From assembly GCA_043814055.1 (NCBI GenBank), contig JBDRKL010000007.1:62766-126765 (forward strand): DNA of 64,000 bases, written 5' to 3'. Every line of letters starts with the position of its first letter. The first letter of the stretch is position 1. Shown in pieces: positions 39,221-47,915 of the stretch. Made by a program: the position numbers and the translations under genes. The notes below the pieces were generated by a model, which did not search any database, had not been told where the DNA came from, and saw nothing but the letters and a program-made list of their open reading frames with translations. This DNA is from an archaeon. GTDB lineage: Archaea > Undinarchaeota > Undinarchaeia > Undinarchaeales > JBDRKL01.

Positions 39221-40197
39221 TCTTTCGGCTTTCCAAGGAAGTTTACTTTTATTGAATTCGGAATCAATGCAGCAATAGCATGGAGCAGTTTTTTCTCTAG
39301 CAACAACAGATTAGTTGAAGTTTTTAGATTCGCACTGCAATACTTATTGTAAAGTTTAATCCATTCCATTGAAGTATATCCAGAATAGTCCACTATCTGA
39401 AGAAAGTTGGCTGGAGGATATTTGAGCATTTTGATTGCTAACTTGTTCATACTAACCGGGACAACATTGTTCGCAACAAAATCTTCGAAGAGTTTAATCT
39501 GCTCTTCGGTTGGTTTTTTATCAACCTCGTATTCTAACTTATGATGTTTCCTAAAGAAGGTCAGCCATAGGTATTGCTCTGAAACATATCGGTACAGAAA
39601 TCCTTTTGGATTCAAATTGCCGGGCTTTCCTTTGTACCAGGTTGAGAATCCAGGTTCTTTTGTTAGAGGAATATCCCAGATGTCTATTAAGTCCGTTCTG
39701 TATCCAAACAGAAATATATCACTTAAGTGGAATATTGTGCCGTGCCGCTGGGGAACTAAAGAGCCTGCGAGCGAAATTATAACCCGATTTTTAAGTATTT
39801 TTGATTTTGAGTACTTTTCAAACGTACCAAAGTAATCCAAAAATCCTTTGCTAAGGAGGATAGTATCAGCGCGTAGCTTGACAGCGTACTTACCCTTGGC
39901 TTTTTTAAGACCGTTCTTGGTTGAAACTATCTGGCGATTTGTGTTGTTATACAGTTTCTTGCTCTCGTGCCAGATTGTTGCTCCAGGATCTTTGTTTAGG
40001 ACTAATGTGTCGTAGTCTAAACCGGAAACATCCACCCCCTTCCAGGTTGAGAGGACTATTTCAGAAGTTGGGAAAAATTTTCTTATTGACTCCAGACATC
40101 TGCGCGTATACTGCTCGTTTGGATTCTCTGATTTTGCACCATATATCGGCCCTTGCACAACAAAGGATATTTCGTTTTCTTGAATTTTTTCAGTCAT
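39217..40197 (-). CDS. wavE: WavE-like lipopolysaccharide synthesis protein
   Basis: ISFVVQGP, EIVLSTW, DPG, NTNRQIVST..GL, KLRAD, EQYLW. Confidence 0.75.
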   Translation of the reverse strand: MTEKIQENEISFVVQGPIYGAKSENPNEQYTRRCLESIRKFFPTSEIVLSTWKGVDVSGLDYDTLVLNKDPGATIWHESKKLYNNTNRQIVSTKNGLKKAKGKYAVKLRADTILLSKGFLDYFGTFEKYSKSKILKNRVIISLAGSLVPQRHGTIFHLSDIFLFGYRTDLIDIWDIPLTKEPGFSTWYKGKPGNLNPKGFLYRYVSEQYLWLTFFRKHHKLEYEVDKKPTEEQIKLFEDFVANNVVPVSMNKLAIKMLKYPPANFLQIVDYSGYTSMEWIKLYNKYCSANLKTSTNLLLLEKKLLHAIAALIPNSIKVNFLGKPKD

Positions 40198-40228
40198 TTT
40201 GCTTTTGTTTTATTAAGCTCCCACATTT

Positions 40229-41020
40229 TTAAGAAACAAACGTGGTTTTATCAACCTTTCTCGTTTTTAAGAAGTAAACCTCGTAATATTTCGCGTAAAT
40301 CGAGAACTCATAAAACGCATTGCATGCTGCCCAGATTATTGCATGCATCCCCTTGAACAAGAAACCCTTGTAGAGCAGGAGGCCGAAAAAATGCACCATG
40401 GGATTTATGAACATTCCATAATAGAGCTTTGCCCTGCTTATCCTTCCCTTGCCAAATCTTGCAGAAGATACTATCTCCCTCTCTGTTTCAACATCCCACC
40501 GATTAACCATTTGGAAGAGAGCGTCTGTGTCATTGGCATAATGGTAGCAATGCCCTTTGAGCATTCCTATCTTTACTCCCTTGTCAAAACCCGCAACCTC
40601 GTGTGTTGCCCCCTCATAATGCAGAATGCCTTTTTTGTAGAGCCGAATTAATTTTAGGGTTACAAGAGGCCTTTTTAAAAAATAATCATTTCTTTTCAGG
40701 TAATATGCGTCGTATCTTGGATTTTTCAAAGTTTCCTGAATGTTTTTCTGTATTTGTTTGTCCAGTACTTCATCGCTGTCTAGTTCAAAAATCCACTCGT
40801 ATGAGCACTTGCTTATTGCAAAGTTTTTCTCTTTGTCAAATCCTTCAAATTTTCTCTGATAAATTTTACAACCATATTTTTTACATAGATTTAGGGTGCC
40901 ATCCTTGCTGAACCCATCTACGATTACGATTTCATCCGCCCATTTTACACTTTCAAGGGCTTTTCTTAATCCTTTTTCACTGTTTCTTGTTAGGATAAAC
41001 GCAGAGATTCCTTTTTTCAT
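40229..41020 (-). CDS. GT2 glycosyltransferase (WaaE/KdtX-like)
   Basis: LTRNSE, VDGFSKDGT, LDSDE, HE; start ATG 41020. Confidence 0.85.
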   Translation of the reverse strand: MKKGISAFILTRNSEKGLRKALESVKWADEIVIVDGFSKDGTLNLCKKYGCKIYQRKFEGFDKEKNFAISKCSYEWIFELDSDEVLDKQIQKNIQETLKNPRYDAYYLKRNDYFLKRPLVTLKLIRLYKKGILHYEGATHEVAGFDKGVKIGMLKGHCYHYANDTDALFQMVNRWDVETEREIVSSARFGKGRISRAKLYYGMFINPMVHFFGLLLYKGFLFKGMHAIIWAACNAFYEFSIYAKYYEVYFLKTRKVDKTTFVS

Positions 41021-41021
41021 T

Positions 41022-42455
41022 TTAAAGTTCCACTGTTTCACTTATGTGTTCTCGTCTTGGATTTCTGAGTGAAGTTATGAAGATATTATATAAATAATAC
41101 ATATTCAGGAAGAAGCCTTTTGAAAAAACAAGCTTGGTAAATAATTTTGTGTAGAATATTTTATTTTTAATTTTTCCAGCATCATGGAATTTTTTCTTAT
41201 ACATATCAAACTCCTTGGGAGTTACATTATCACATAGTATAGTCTCATTTGTAACCGGCATGCTTCCGCCAAAACTCAACTTTATCTTTTCCAAATGGAT
41301 TTTTGAATAATCCTTCCCAGTCTTCTGTTTTAGCTCTTCGCATAAAGCTGTTTTTGGAAAGACCATAAGCATGTTAGGAGTATCCATTAGATCGCTGTAT
41401 TTTTTGAAAAAGTTAAAGGAGTTCATGATAGTCTCGTGAGTGTCTTGCGGGAAGCCCATCATCGCATAACCCTGCACAAGTATGCCATATTTTCTGCACA
41501 GGTCTGATGCCTTTTTATTTTGTTCCACTGAAATGGCTTTGCTGTTTTTTGCGTATTGCAGTATTTCATTGTCTCCTGTCTCAAATCCAAAGTGTATAAC
41601 TAAAACATTTAGCTCTTTAAGCAATTTTATCATTTCTTCATCTATCAAATTGCTTCGCCCTAGTGCAATAAAACTTATTTTCCCCAGCAATTTTTCCTTT
41701 TTCATAAGCTGGATTAAATCTCTAATTCGCTGTTTGTTGCATATGAATAAGTCGTCACCAAACCACTGCACACTGTGCTTTAGGCTGTATAATCTCTTTA
41801 TGTCTTCCAATATGTACTCTACGCTGTGCATCCTAAATGTTCTCCGCCAAATTATTGGTGAAGAACAATATATACAATTATAAGGACATCCCCGGCTGGT
41901 AAATAAAGTGTTGTTGGTTGGATTTAACAAAGCTCTTTCCGGGAGACCCACTGAGTCTAGGTCTTTTATGAACTCGCGGGGTTTGTTTATATGCAATTTT
42001 TTGTTTTCCCAGAATATCAATCCATCAATTTCCTTTTTGGTTTTTGGCGGTTTACCTATGGAAATTTTTGGGTACAAATATTTTAACAATTCGTGGAAGG
42101 TTTGTTCTCCTTCTCCGGCTACTGCATAATCTATTTCAGGGATAATGGCATCTGGGAATAGAGTTATGTGGGCGCCGCCTGCTACAATTACTACCTTTTT
42201 ATCTAGTTTCCGTATAGATTTTGAGAGTTCTTTTGCGTAATCATAACCAGGCGTTGTAACAGTTAAACCAACAATATCGGGTTTGTATTCTTTTACGATT
42301 TGCAAAAGCTTGTCTTTATCAGCTATGGAAACTGCTTTTACATATAGCTTTTCTTTAAACTTGCCTTTTAGATAACTTGCTAGGTAGCCTGTTGCCAAGG
42401 GCACACTGTAAGTAAAATCTGTTTTTGATACACAATTAATGAATAATATTCTCAT
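41022..42455 (-). CDS. B12-binding radical SAM protein
   Basis: GGAHIT, GEGE, TSRGCPYNCIYC, GFETG. Confidence 0.88.
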   Translation of the reverse strand: MRILFINCVSKTDFTYSVPLATGYLASYLKGKFKEKLYVKAVSIADKDKLLQIVKEYKPDIVGLTVTTPGYDYAKELSKSIRKLDKKVVIVAGGAHITLFPDAIIPEIDYAVAGEGEQTFHELLKYLYPKISIGKPPKTKKEIDGLIFWENKKLHINKPREFIKDLDSVGLPERALLNPTNNTLFTSRGCPYNCIYCSSPIIWRRTFRMHSVEYILEDIKRLYSLKHSVQWFGDDLFICNKQRIRDLIQLMKKEKLLGKISFIALGRSNLIDEEMIKLLKELNVLVIHFGFETGDNEILQYAKNSKAISVEQNKKASDLCRKYGILVQGYAMMGFPQDTHETIMNSFNFFKKYSDLMDTPNMLMVFPKTALCEELKQKTGKDYSKIHLEKIKLSFGGSMPVTNETILCDNVTPKEFDMYKKKFHDAGKIKNKIFYTKLFTKLVFSKGFFLNMYYLYNIFITSLRNPRREHISETVEL

Positions 42456-42557
42456 TTTTCACCAATCAATCCGCATTCCTTTTAAGTATATGGACTACAA
42501 GAAAGGGGTTAATAAAACTTATGATACTGGAATACAGTCCAAGGATTAAAAAGGAGA

Positions 42558-43640
42558 TTATTCAAGTATCGCCCTAAGAAGAATTGTTGCATACGCACCT
42601 TTTTCTAAATCAAATTTAAGAGTTATTGTTGAATCTTCCACTTTGTGCTCAAGATTTTTCATCTCCGCAAGGTATTTGCGCGGCTGACCCTTGCACGAAG
42701 CCTCTGGGAAGCTCTTGACCTTGAACTCTGGCCTGCCGTTATCGTAGCCAGGTAAGGTTCCAGCACCTTCCAAGGATTCATTGTTCTTGATTTTTTCAGA
42801 GAGTTCCTGGTTGAAGATGTAAGACTGGTAAGAGTGCGTGAAAATTTTGTACATATTCTTTGAGAGCTTCTTGAACGCGCCTACGTAGTCGCTCGGGTGC
42901 TGGACCAGGTGGTTGAGAAGTGCTTTTTCAAAGCGCATATAGTTTGGAAATTTCACAAGCGCCTCGTTGAAAGAGCCCCAGTTTTCTTTTAGTAATTTGC
43001 GGGCTTCGTTTCCTTCAGGCAGGGTATCCTCGCCTTCGGTAAGGAATATTTTGATTGCAGTTTCAATGTCGTTGTCTATGATTGCTTTGCCAACCTCGTG
43101 GTTGTTCTGGCGGTTTCCGAAGCGCTGCTCGCCGAAGAAATTTGGAATACCACCAATTTTTTTTATCTCCTTAAGTTTTGACCCAAGGTTCTCTGGGTGC
43201 TCTGCGTTTTTTATGTTTATTGTGAATCGGTTGCCCCACAGGTCGCCAAGGTCAAGCTTCTTGACGCCAGGCGCGAAGTCGCCGAGTGTGGTGTCCTTGA
43301 TTCTTACCTGTGCAAGCTGTTCAGGCAAGAGTTTCCAGGCTGCGATTCGCTGGGATGTCAGCGCGAACTTGTCCTTTGTGCCTGCATAGGTCAATCTTTT
43401 ACGGGACTGGCCGCATAGCCGGGCGATGTTCTTAAGAACTGTGTCCTGGTTCCAGTCGCGCTTGACTAATGTGAAATGGGTGTATTCAGATGTGTGTGGG
43501 GTGTGTGAGGTTTCAGGTTCAAGGGAACAAACTGTGCCATCAATCAAAATCTCCTGCACTATGAAATCACTAGGCTCATGCTTGATAACCCCGCCAGTGC
43601 CTGGCGATTTTGTAAAAGAAGTTGTTATGCCAGGAATCAT
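42558..43640 (-). CDS. truD: tRNA pseudouridine(13) synthase
   Basis: DFIVQE, YAGTKDK, GNRF, PNFFGEQRFG, GAYAT. Confidence 0.92.
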   Translation of the reverse strand: MIPGITTSFTKSPGTGGVIKHEPSDFIVQEILIDGTVCSLEPETSHTPHTSEYTHFTLVKRDWNQDTVLKNIARLCGQSRKRLTYAGTKDKFALTSQRIAAWKLLPEQLAQVRIKDTTLGDFAPGVKKLDLGDLWGNRFTINIKNAEHPENLGSKLKEIKKIGGIPNFFGEQRFGNRQNNHEVGKAIIDNDIETAIKIFLTEGEDTLPEGNEARKLLKENWGSFNEALVKFPNYMRFEKALLNHLVQHPSDYVGAFKKLSKNMYKIFTHSYQSYIFNQELSEKIKNNESLEGAGTLPGYDNGRPEFKVKSFPEASCKGQPRKYLAEMKNLEHKVEDSTITLKFDLEKGAYATILLRAILE

Positions 43641-43981
43641 TTTACCAGAGGCAGCTCCCCAGTAATCTTGTCAATCGCGTTTTCCTTGTTCGGGCCGATT
43701 GCAATTGCGGTTATTGTGCCTGGTGGAATTTCAGTGAGCCCGGCATCCTTGATGAGAGCTACGGCGAGCCCGGCATCCTTCGCAGCCTGGAAAAGTTTTT
43801 GCAAATCCTCAAGGGTTTTTGCCTCCAGAACCACTTTCTTGCTGCCCTCAGAGTGCCACGCCTCACGGTCTCCTGGCTCTGCTTTTGAGCTCGCCTCAAT
43901 GCTCGCGTGGCAGGCCTGCGCTATTGCTTTGCCCAGGCTAAGTTTGAGATCTTTGCGGAGCACAATTGCCTGCTTATACAT
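43637..43981 (-). CDS. pth2: Peptidyl-tRNA hydrolase Pth2
   Basis: KQAIVLRKDL, GKAIAQACHA, DAGLTEIPPGT, GP; start ATG 43981. Confidence 0.92.
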   Translation of the reverse strand: MYKQAIVLRKDLKLSLGKAIAQACHASIEASSKAEPGDREAWHSEGSKKVVLEAKTLEDLQKLFQAAKDAGLAVALIKDAGLTEIPPGTITAIAIGPNKENAIDKITGELPLVK

Positions 43982-44015
43982 AATGTATTTATGAGCGCGA
44001 AGCTTTAAATGGGTT

Positions 44016-44375
44016 ATGAAAACTGTTCTTGCAGGTGGAGTGTTTGATTTGTGGCACGAAGGCCACAGGTACTTCCTGCAGGAGGCGAAGAAGCTCGGCG
44101 ACGAGCTTGTTGTGGTTGTGGCGAATGACGCCAGCGTCAAGAAAAAGATTAATAACAAGCAGGCTGCGAGGGCAAACATTGTGCGGCAGCAGGGCATTGC
44201 GGACAGGGTTGTGATTGGGGACGCTAAGGATTTTATGAAAACTGTGCGGAAGATTAGGCCGAACGTGATTGCGCTTGGCTATGACCAGAAGAATCCGGTG
44301 CTGGAGAGTGGGATAAAAGTTGTGAGAATTAAAAAGTTTGGAGATTATAGCAGTTCAAAACTGAGAAAGAAGTGA
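44016..44375 (+). CDS. ribL: Archaeal FAD synthetase / cytidylyltransferase family
   Basis: GVFDLWHEGH, LVVVVAND, ALGYDQ, SSSKL. Confidence 0.75.
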   Translation: MKTVLAGGVFDLWHEGHRYFLQEAKKLGDELVVVVANDASVKKKINNKQAARANIVRQQGIADRVVIGDAKDFMKTVRKIRPNVIALGYDQKNPVLESGIKVVRIKKFGDYSSSKLRKK

Positions 44376-44378
44376 GTT

Positions 44379-44756
44379 TTACTTGCAGAAGCAGAGGTAA
44401 TCAAAGCTACCATACCCAATTCTTGAATATTCAAGACCTTTCGTCTGGCACCAGCTATTACAGCACTCCGCGTCGGTTATACAGGAGAAACCCATATTTT
44501 CCTTGCAGAATTTGAAAGAAGTTGGTGTAACAGGATATCTGCTATTGCATCCTTGTGAATTAGAATTGAGAGCACCCCCTACTTTTCCAACTATTGCAGT
44601 GCCGTAATAGTTGCTTCTGCAGCAGGAGTAACGGGTTTCTTCGTAGTGCGGATTAGAACCTTTAATCTCGTCTGGAAGCGTGAAGAAACCAAAAGTTGTA
44701 ACAGCTATTATGATAAATACAAAAATTATCATCACAAGGAGGTTTTTTGAAATCAT
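44379..44756 (-). CDS. Membrane-anchored/secreted 10-Cys domain protein
   Basis: Start MISKNLL at 44756, N-terminal TM, RYSCC..GTAIV..GCN..FKFC..CCNSWC..CFC. Confidence 0.7.
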   Translation of the reverse strand: MISKNLLVMIIFVFIIIAVTTFGFFTLPDEIKGSNPHYEETRYSCCRSNYYGTAIVGKVGGALNSNSQGCNSRYPVTPTSFKFCKENMGFSCITDAECCNSWCQTKGLEYSRIGYGSFDYLCFCK

Positions 44757-44760
44757 TTTA

Positions 44761-45594
44761 TCAATCCCTGCAGAAGCACATATAAGCGTACAGATTAGCA
44801 CCTGGCCTTGAAAATTCCTGTTCCTGTTCAAGGCACCAGTTATGACAGCAGAGAACTTCGTCATCAGATTTGGAACAGTATTCCCCGCCAGAAACGCTGC
44901 ATAATTTGAAGTTATTACTTGGCATCCAATACTTTTCGTTGCAGCCAGTTCTTAGTGTGCCGTCCGTTACTATTGCAGTTCCAGATCCAGTACAGCATGA
45001 ATATCTGATTTCATCTTCAATCGGGTTTGGATTGGTCCGCTCCAATGAGGTGTCAAATACAAGTTCTATGGTTTCAGCCTGTTTTATTTGCTCTTTAGTC
45101 AATGACTCACAGCTGTTGTAGGTTTTTTTAATGCCCTCTACTATGAGGAGTTCATTCCAGGATAGTGCGTCGCTGTTTAATATGAGATTCGTGGAGTGAC
45201 CTGAATATGAATAGAGGTTATTTGTATTGAGTTTTAAATACACGGTTGCTTCGCCTTTTCTTGGCACTTCAATGTAACCCTGATATAACGGCGAAGCGTC
45301 TGCGCTCTTGGACTTTGAAAATGAAACAGTATATGAGTTCATTACATAGCCGGTCGTGCTGTCGCGGAAACAGATGAGAGGCGCTTCGGGCGCGTAATTT
45401 TTTGAAAAGTAAAAATCATTCCTGAGTGTTACAGTTTGTAAAGTCAGGAGGGAGACGTGGTCTTGACTATAGATTGTTACAAACTCAGGGGTTTCCGTTT
45501 CAACACTAAGCGGAACAGAGTACAGATCAAAAAACACCATAACTGCCATAATAAAAACAATTGCTATTATGATGATTATGTTCTTTGAAAGCAT
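44761..45594 (-). CDS. Membrane-anchored protein with a C-terminal 10-Cys domain, paralog of the downstream gene
   Basis: MLSKNIII N-terminal TM; RYSCC..GTAIV..GCN..FKLC..CCHNWC..CFC. Confidence 0.7.
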   Translation of the reverse strand: MLSKNIIIIIAIVFIMAVMVFFDLYSVPLSVETETPEFVTIYSQDHVSLLTLQTVTLRNDFYFSKNYAPEAPLICFRDSTTGYVMNSYTVSFSKSKSADASPLYQGYIEVPRKGEATVYLKLNTNNLYSYSGHSTNLILNSDALSWNELLIVEGIKKTYNSCESLTKEQIKQAETIELVFDTSLERTNPNPIEDEIRYSCCTGSGTAIVTDGTLRTGCNEKYWMPSNNFKLCSVSGGEYCSKSDDEVLCCHNWCLEQEQEFSRPGANLYAYMCFCRD

Positions 45595-45603
45595 TCTATG
45601 TCC

Positions 45604-45873
45604 TCAGTGCTTGGGCGACTTTCTGACCCCTAGCTTCACGTCCCTTCCGAAGATTACCATTACTCCTGAAGATGCCAACAATACCAGAAAGATTAGCCCA
45701 CTGTTCAAATCAAATTTGACCAGTATGTAGGCAATCAATATCAGATATATTGAAGCCGAGAGGCCGTACATCACGTTGGAGTACTTCTTGGTTGTGGCGT
45801 AGATGAAAATGGTCAAGAGAACCATTCCGGTTATACCGTAAACCGCTACACTTAGTGCTGCTTGTTCGTACAT
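45604..45873 (-). CDS. Small 3-TM membrane protein
   Basis: Hydrophobic ORF coupled by TGATG to the upstream gene. Confidence 0.6.
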   Translation of the reverse strand: MYEQAALSVAVYGITGMVLLTIFIYATTKKYSNVMYGLSASIYLILIAYILVKFDLNSGLIFLVLLASSGVMVIFGRDVKLGVRKSPKH

Positions 45874-46049
45874 CACAAACCACGCTCCTTAAAGTATCTG
45901 GCACCGAAAAAGAATATCACTACAAGGCATGCCAGAATTATTGTTTTTACCTCTCTAGACAGGTTCAGAATTACTTCCCATGCAAAGTATATAATTGCAA
46001 TTATGAACAGGAGAATTGCAATCATATAGAAGATTTTTTGCAGGTCCAT
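45873..46049 (-). CDS. Small 2-TM protein (58 aa), absent from the ORF track
   Basis: Manual translation MDLQKIFYMIAILLFIIAIIYFAWEVILNLSREVKTIILACLVVIFFFGARYFKERGL*; TGATG coupling to the next gene. Confidence 0.65.
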   Translation of the reverse strand: MDLQKIFYMIAILLFIIAIIYFAWEVILNLSREVKTIILACLVVIFFFGARYFKERGL

Positions 46050-46101
46050 AGGTGAGGTAGAGAATTAGTTTATAAATAGGTTTCCCTAAAGCTCAAAATC
46101 T

Positions 46102-46755
46102 ATGATTAAAATAATCGGTACTTCGCACGTGTCCCCGCAGAGCCTGAAAGAGATTGATAGGGTTATTGCAGAGGTCAAGCCGGACTGCGTTGCGCTGGAG
46201 CTGGACAGGAACCGATTTGAGGCGCTGAAGCGCGGCGACCACGTGAACCTCTCAGCAATTAGATACATCGGACTCAAGAGCTACTTTGTCGCGAAGATTC
46301 TTTCAATAATCCAGGAGCATCTTGGGAAAAAGACAGGGGTAATGCCTGGAGAAGAGATGATGGAGGCGTTCAAGGCAGGAGCGCGGAGCAAGGCGGATAT
46401 CGCGCTGATTGACAGAGATATTCGAGTGACGCTGGAGAGGATGAAAACGATTCCGCTGAGAGAGAAATTAAAGATTATTCTTGGGGTTTTCAAGAAAGTT
46501 CCAGTTGGGGAAAAGTTTGACCTTAAGAAAGTTCCTTCTGATAAATTAGTTGAGAATATGGTTGAGCACGTCAAGGAGGTTAGCCCGACGCTTTACAAGG
46601 TTTTGATTGAGGAGAGGGATATTCACATGGCGCGGGTCCTTGTTGAGTTGAGCAAGAAATATCCAAAGATTGTTGCAGTGGTTGGAATGGGACACAAGAG
46701 AGGAATGGAGAAGGAGCTGGCTAAGATAAAAACTGCAAAGCAAACCAGCGAATGA
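46102..46755 (+). CDS. TraB/PrgY (pheromone shutdown) family protein
   Basis: IGTSHVS, VALELD..R, PGEEM, DRDIRVT, ERD..M, VVGMGH. Confidence 0.88.
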   Translation: MIKIIGTSHVSPQSLKEIDRVIAEVKPDCVALELDRNRFEALKRGDHVNLSAIRYIGLKSYFVAKILSIIQEHLGKKTGVMPGEEMMEAFKAGARSKADIALIDRDIRVTLERMKTIPLREKLKIILGVFKKVPVGEKFDLKKVPSDKLVENMVEHVKEVSPTLYKVLIEERDIHMARVLVELSKKYPKIVAVVGMGHKRGMEKELAKIKTAKQTSE

Positions 46756-47772
46756 TTACTTAATCCCCAAGCTCTTGTCTGTCTTCTTAATACTCTCTTC
46801 CTTGCTCGCTGTGTCCATCATTGCGCGGATGCAGTCCACGTTTTCCGGGATTACTATTGATTCCTGTGGCACTGCCTGGAACATAAACAGTTCCTTGTCT
46901 TTCACGCCGATTGAGTCTTCCCACACGAGGTTCTCGTACATGTCATAGCGCGGCCTGCCGAAGTCGCGGGCGTATTCAACCATCTCTGCAGTTGAGAGTA
47001 TTCCGTCAGAGGACTTGAGCATCTTTATGCGCGGAAGCTTGTTGAACAATTCAACAACATCGTCTGCCTTCGCGTCCTTCTTGAGCTGGACCATCAGGGA
47101 GTGCGCGTGCATAAAGGTTGTTGAAACCTTGAATGCGCTCGTGATTATGTTCAGGTTTGGAAGCACTGTGAGCACATCTGGGCCGTGGTGGCTCGGCACT
47201 GTGATTGGGTTTGGCATTATCGCGTCTATTGGCCCGCTCTTTGAGCCCCCGGGGTCTGACGCTCTGCGCACCAGGACTACGCGGGCTTTTTCAACACCGA
47301 ACTCTGCGTCAACTGCTCCGAGCACTCTTGAGAGCCCTGTGGTATTGCAGCTCACAACTCTTACGTGGTCCTTTCCCTGTGCCTCGTCATAATTTGAGTA
47401 TGCGTTGAATGATGTTCCTGTTAGCTCGTGCTTCTCAGCGCCCTGGTAAATTGCCTTGATGCCTTTTGGAACATAGTATTTTTCCTTGTTCTCAGCACCC
47501 ATCTTTTTTGGAGAGCAGTCAACTATGATGTCGCACTTTTCAAGAAGGTCGTCTATTGTTCCAGCGAGCTTAATGCCTGCATCGTCAAAAGATTTTGTAT
47601 TGTCAGGGATGCCGCAGTAAAGGTCAAAGCCCTTCTCAACTGCCATTTTGCTTTCCCAAGTTGGGCGGGTTTTCGTGACTCCGACAACTTCCATGTCGTC
47701 CTGGAGCTTTACCGCGTCCGCAACGCGCTTTCCGATTGTTCCGTAACCGTTAATGCCTACTTTAATTGTCAT
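46756..47772 (-). CDS. gap: Archaeal (type II) glyceraldehyde-3-phosphate dehydrogenase
   Basis: NGYGTIGKRVA, VVSCNTTGL, SHHGPD, QESIVIPEN. Confidence 0.95.
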   Translation of the reverse strand: MTIKVGINGYGTIGKRVADAVKLQDDMEVVGVTKTRPTWESKMAVEKGFDLYCGIPDNTKSFDDAGIKLAGTIDDLLEKCDIIVDCSPKKMGAENKEKYYVPKGIKAIYQGAEKHELTGTSFNAYSNYDEAQGKDHVRVVSCNTTGLSRVLGAVDAEFGVEKARVVLVRRASDPGGSKSGPIDAIMPNPITVPSHHGPDVLTVLPNLNIITSAFKVSTTFMHAHSLMVQLKKDAKADDVVELFNKLPRIKMLKSSDGILSTAEMVEYARDFGRPRYDMYENLVWEDSIGVKDKELFMFQAVPQESIVIPENVDCIRAMMDTASKEESIKKTDKSLGIK

Positions 47773-47915
47773 TTTATTCCTCCTTTGATCTGTTTAGCCC
47801 ACTTCGCGAGCGAAGCGAGTGAATGTGGGCTCATGCAGAGGTGCCACCCTCCGCGGCAAGGCGGAGTGCCGGAGCCATTTATTCCTACTTTAATTGTCAT
47901 CTTAGTCCTCCTTTG
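47738..47915 (-). repeat. Diverged ~50-nt direct repeat of the gap SD plus first 12 codons (128-nt period) flanking a GC-rich hairpin insert
   Basis: CAAAGGAGGACTAAG-ATGACAATTAAAGTAGGAATAAATGGCTCCGGCAC versus CAAAGGAGGAATAAA-ATGACAATTAAAGTAGGCATTAACGGTTACGGAAC. Confidence 0.85.
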
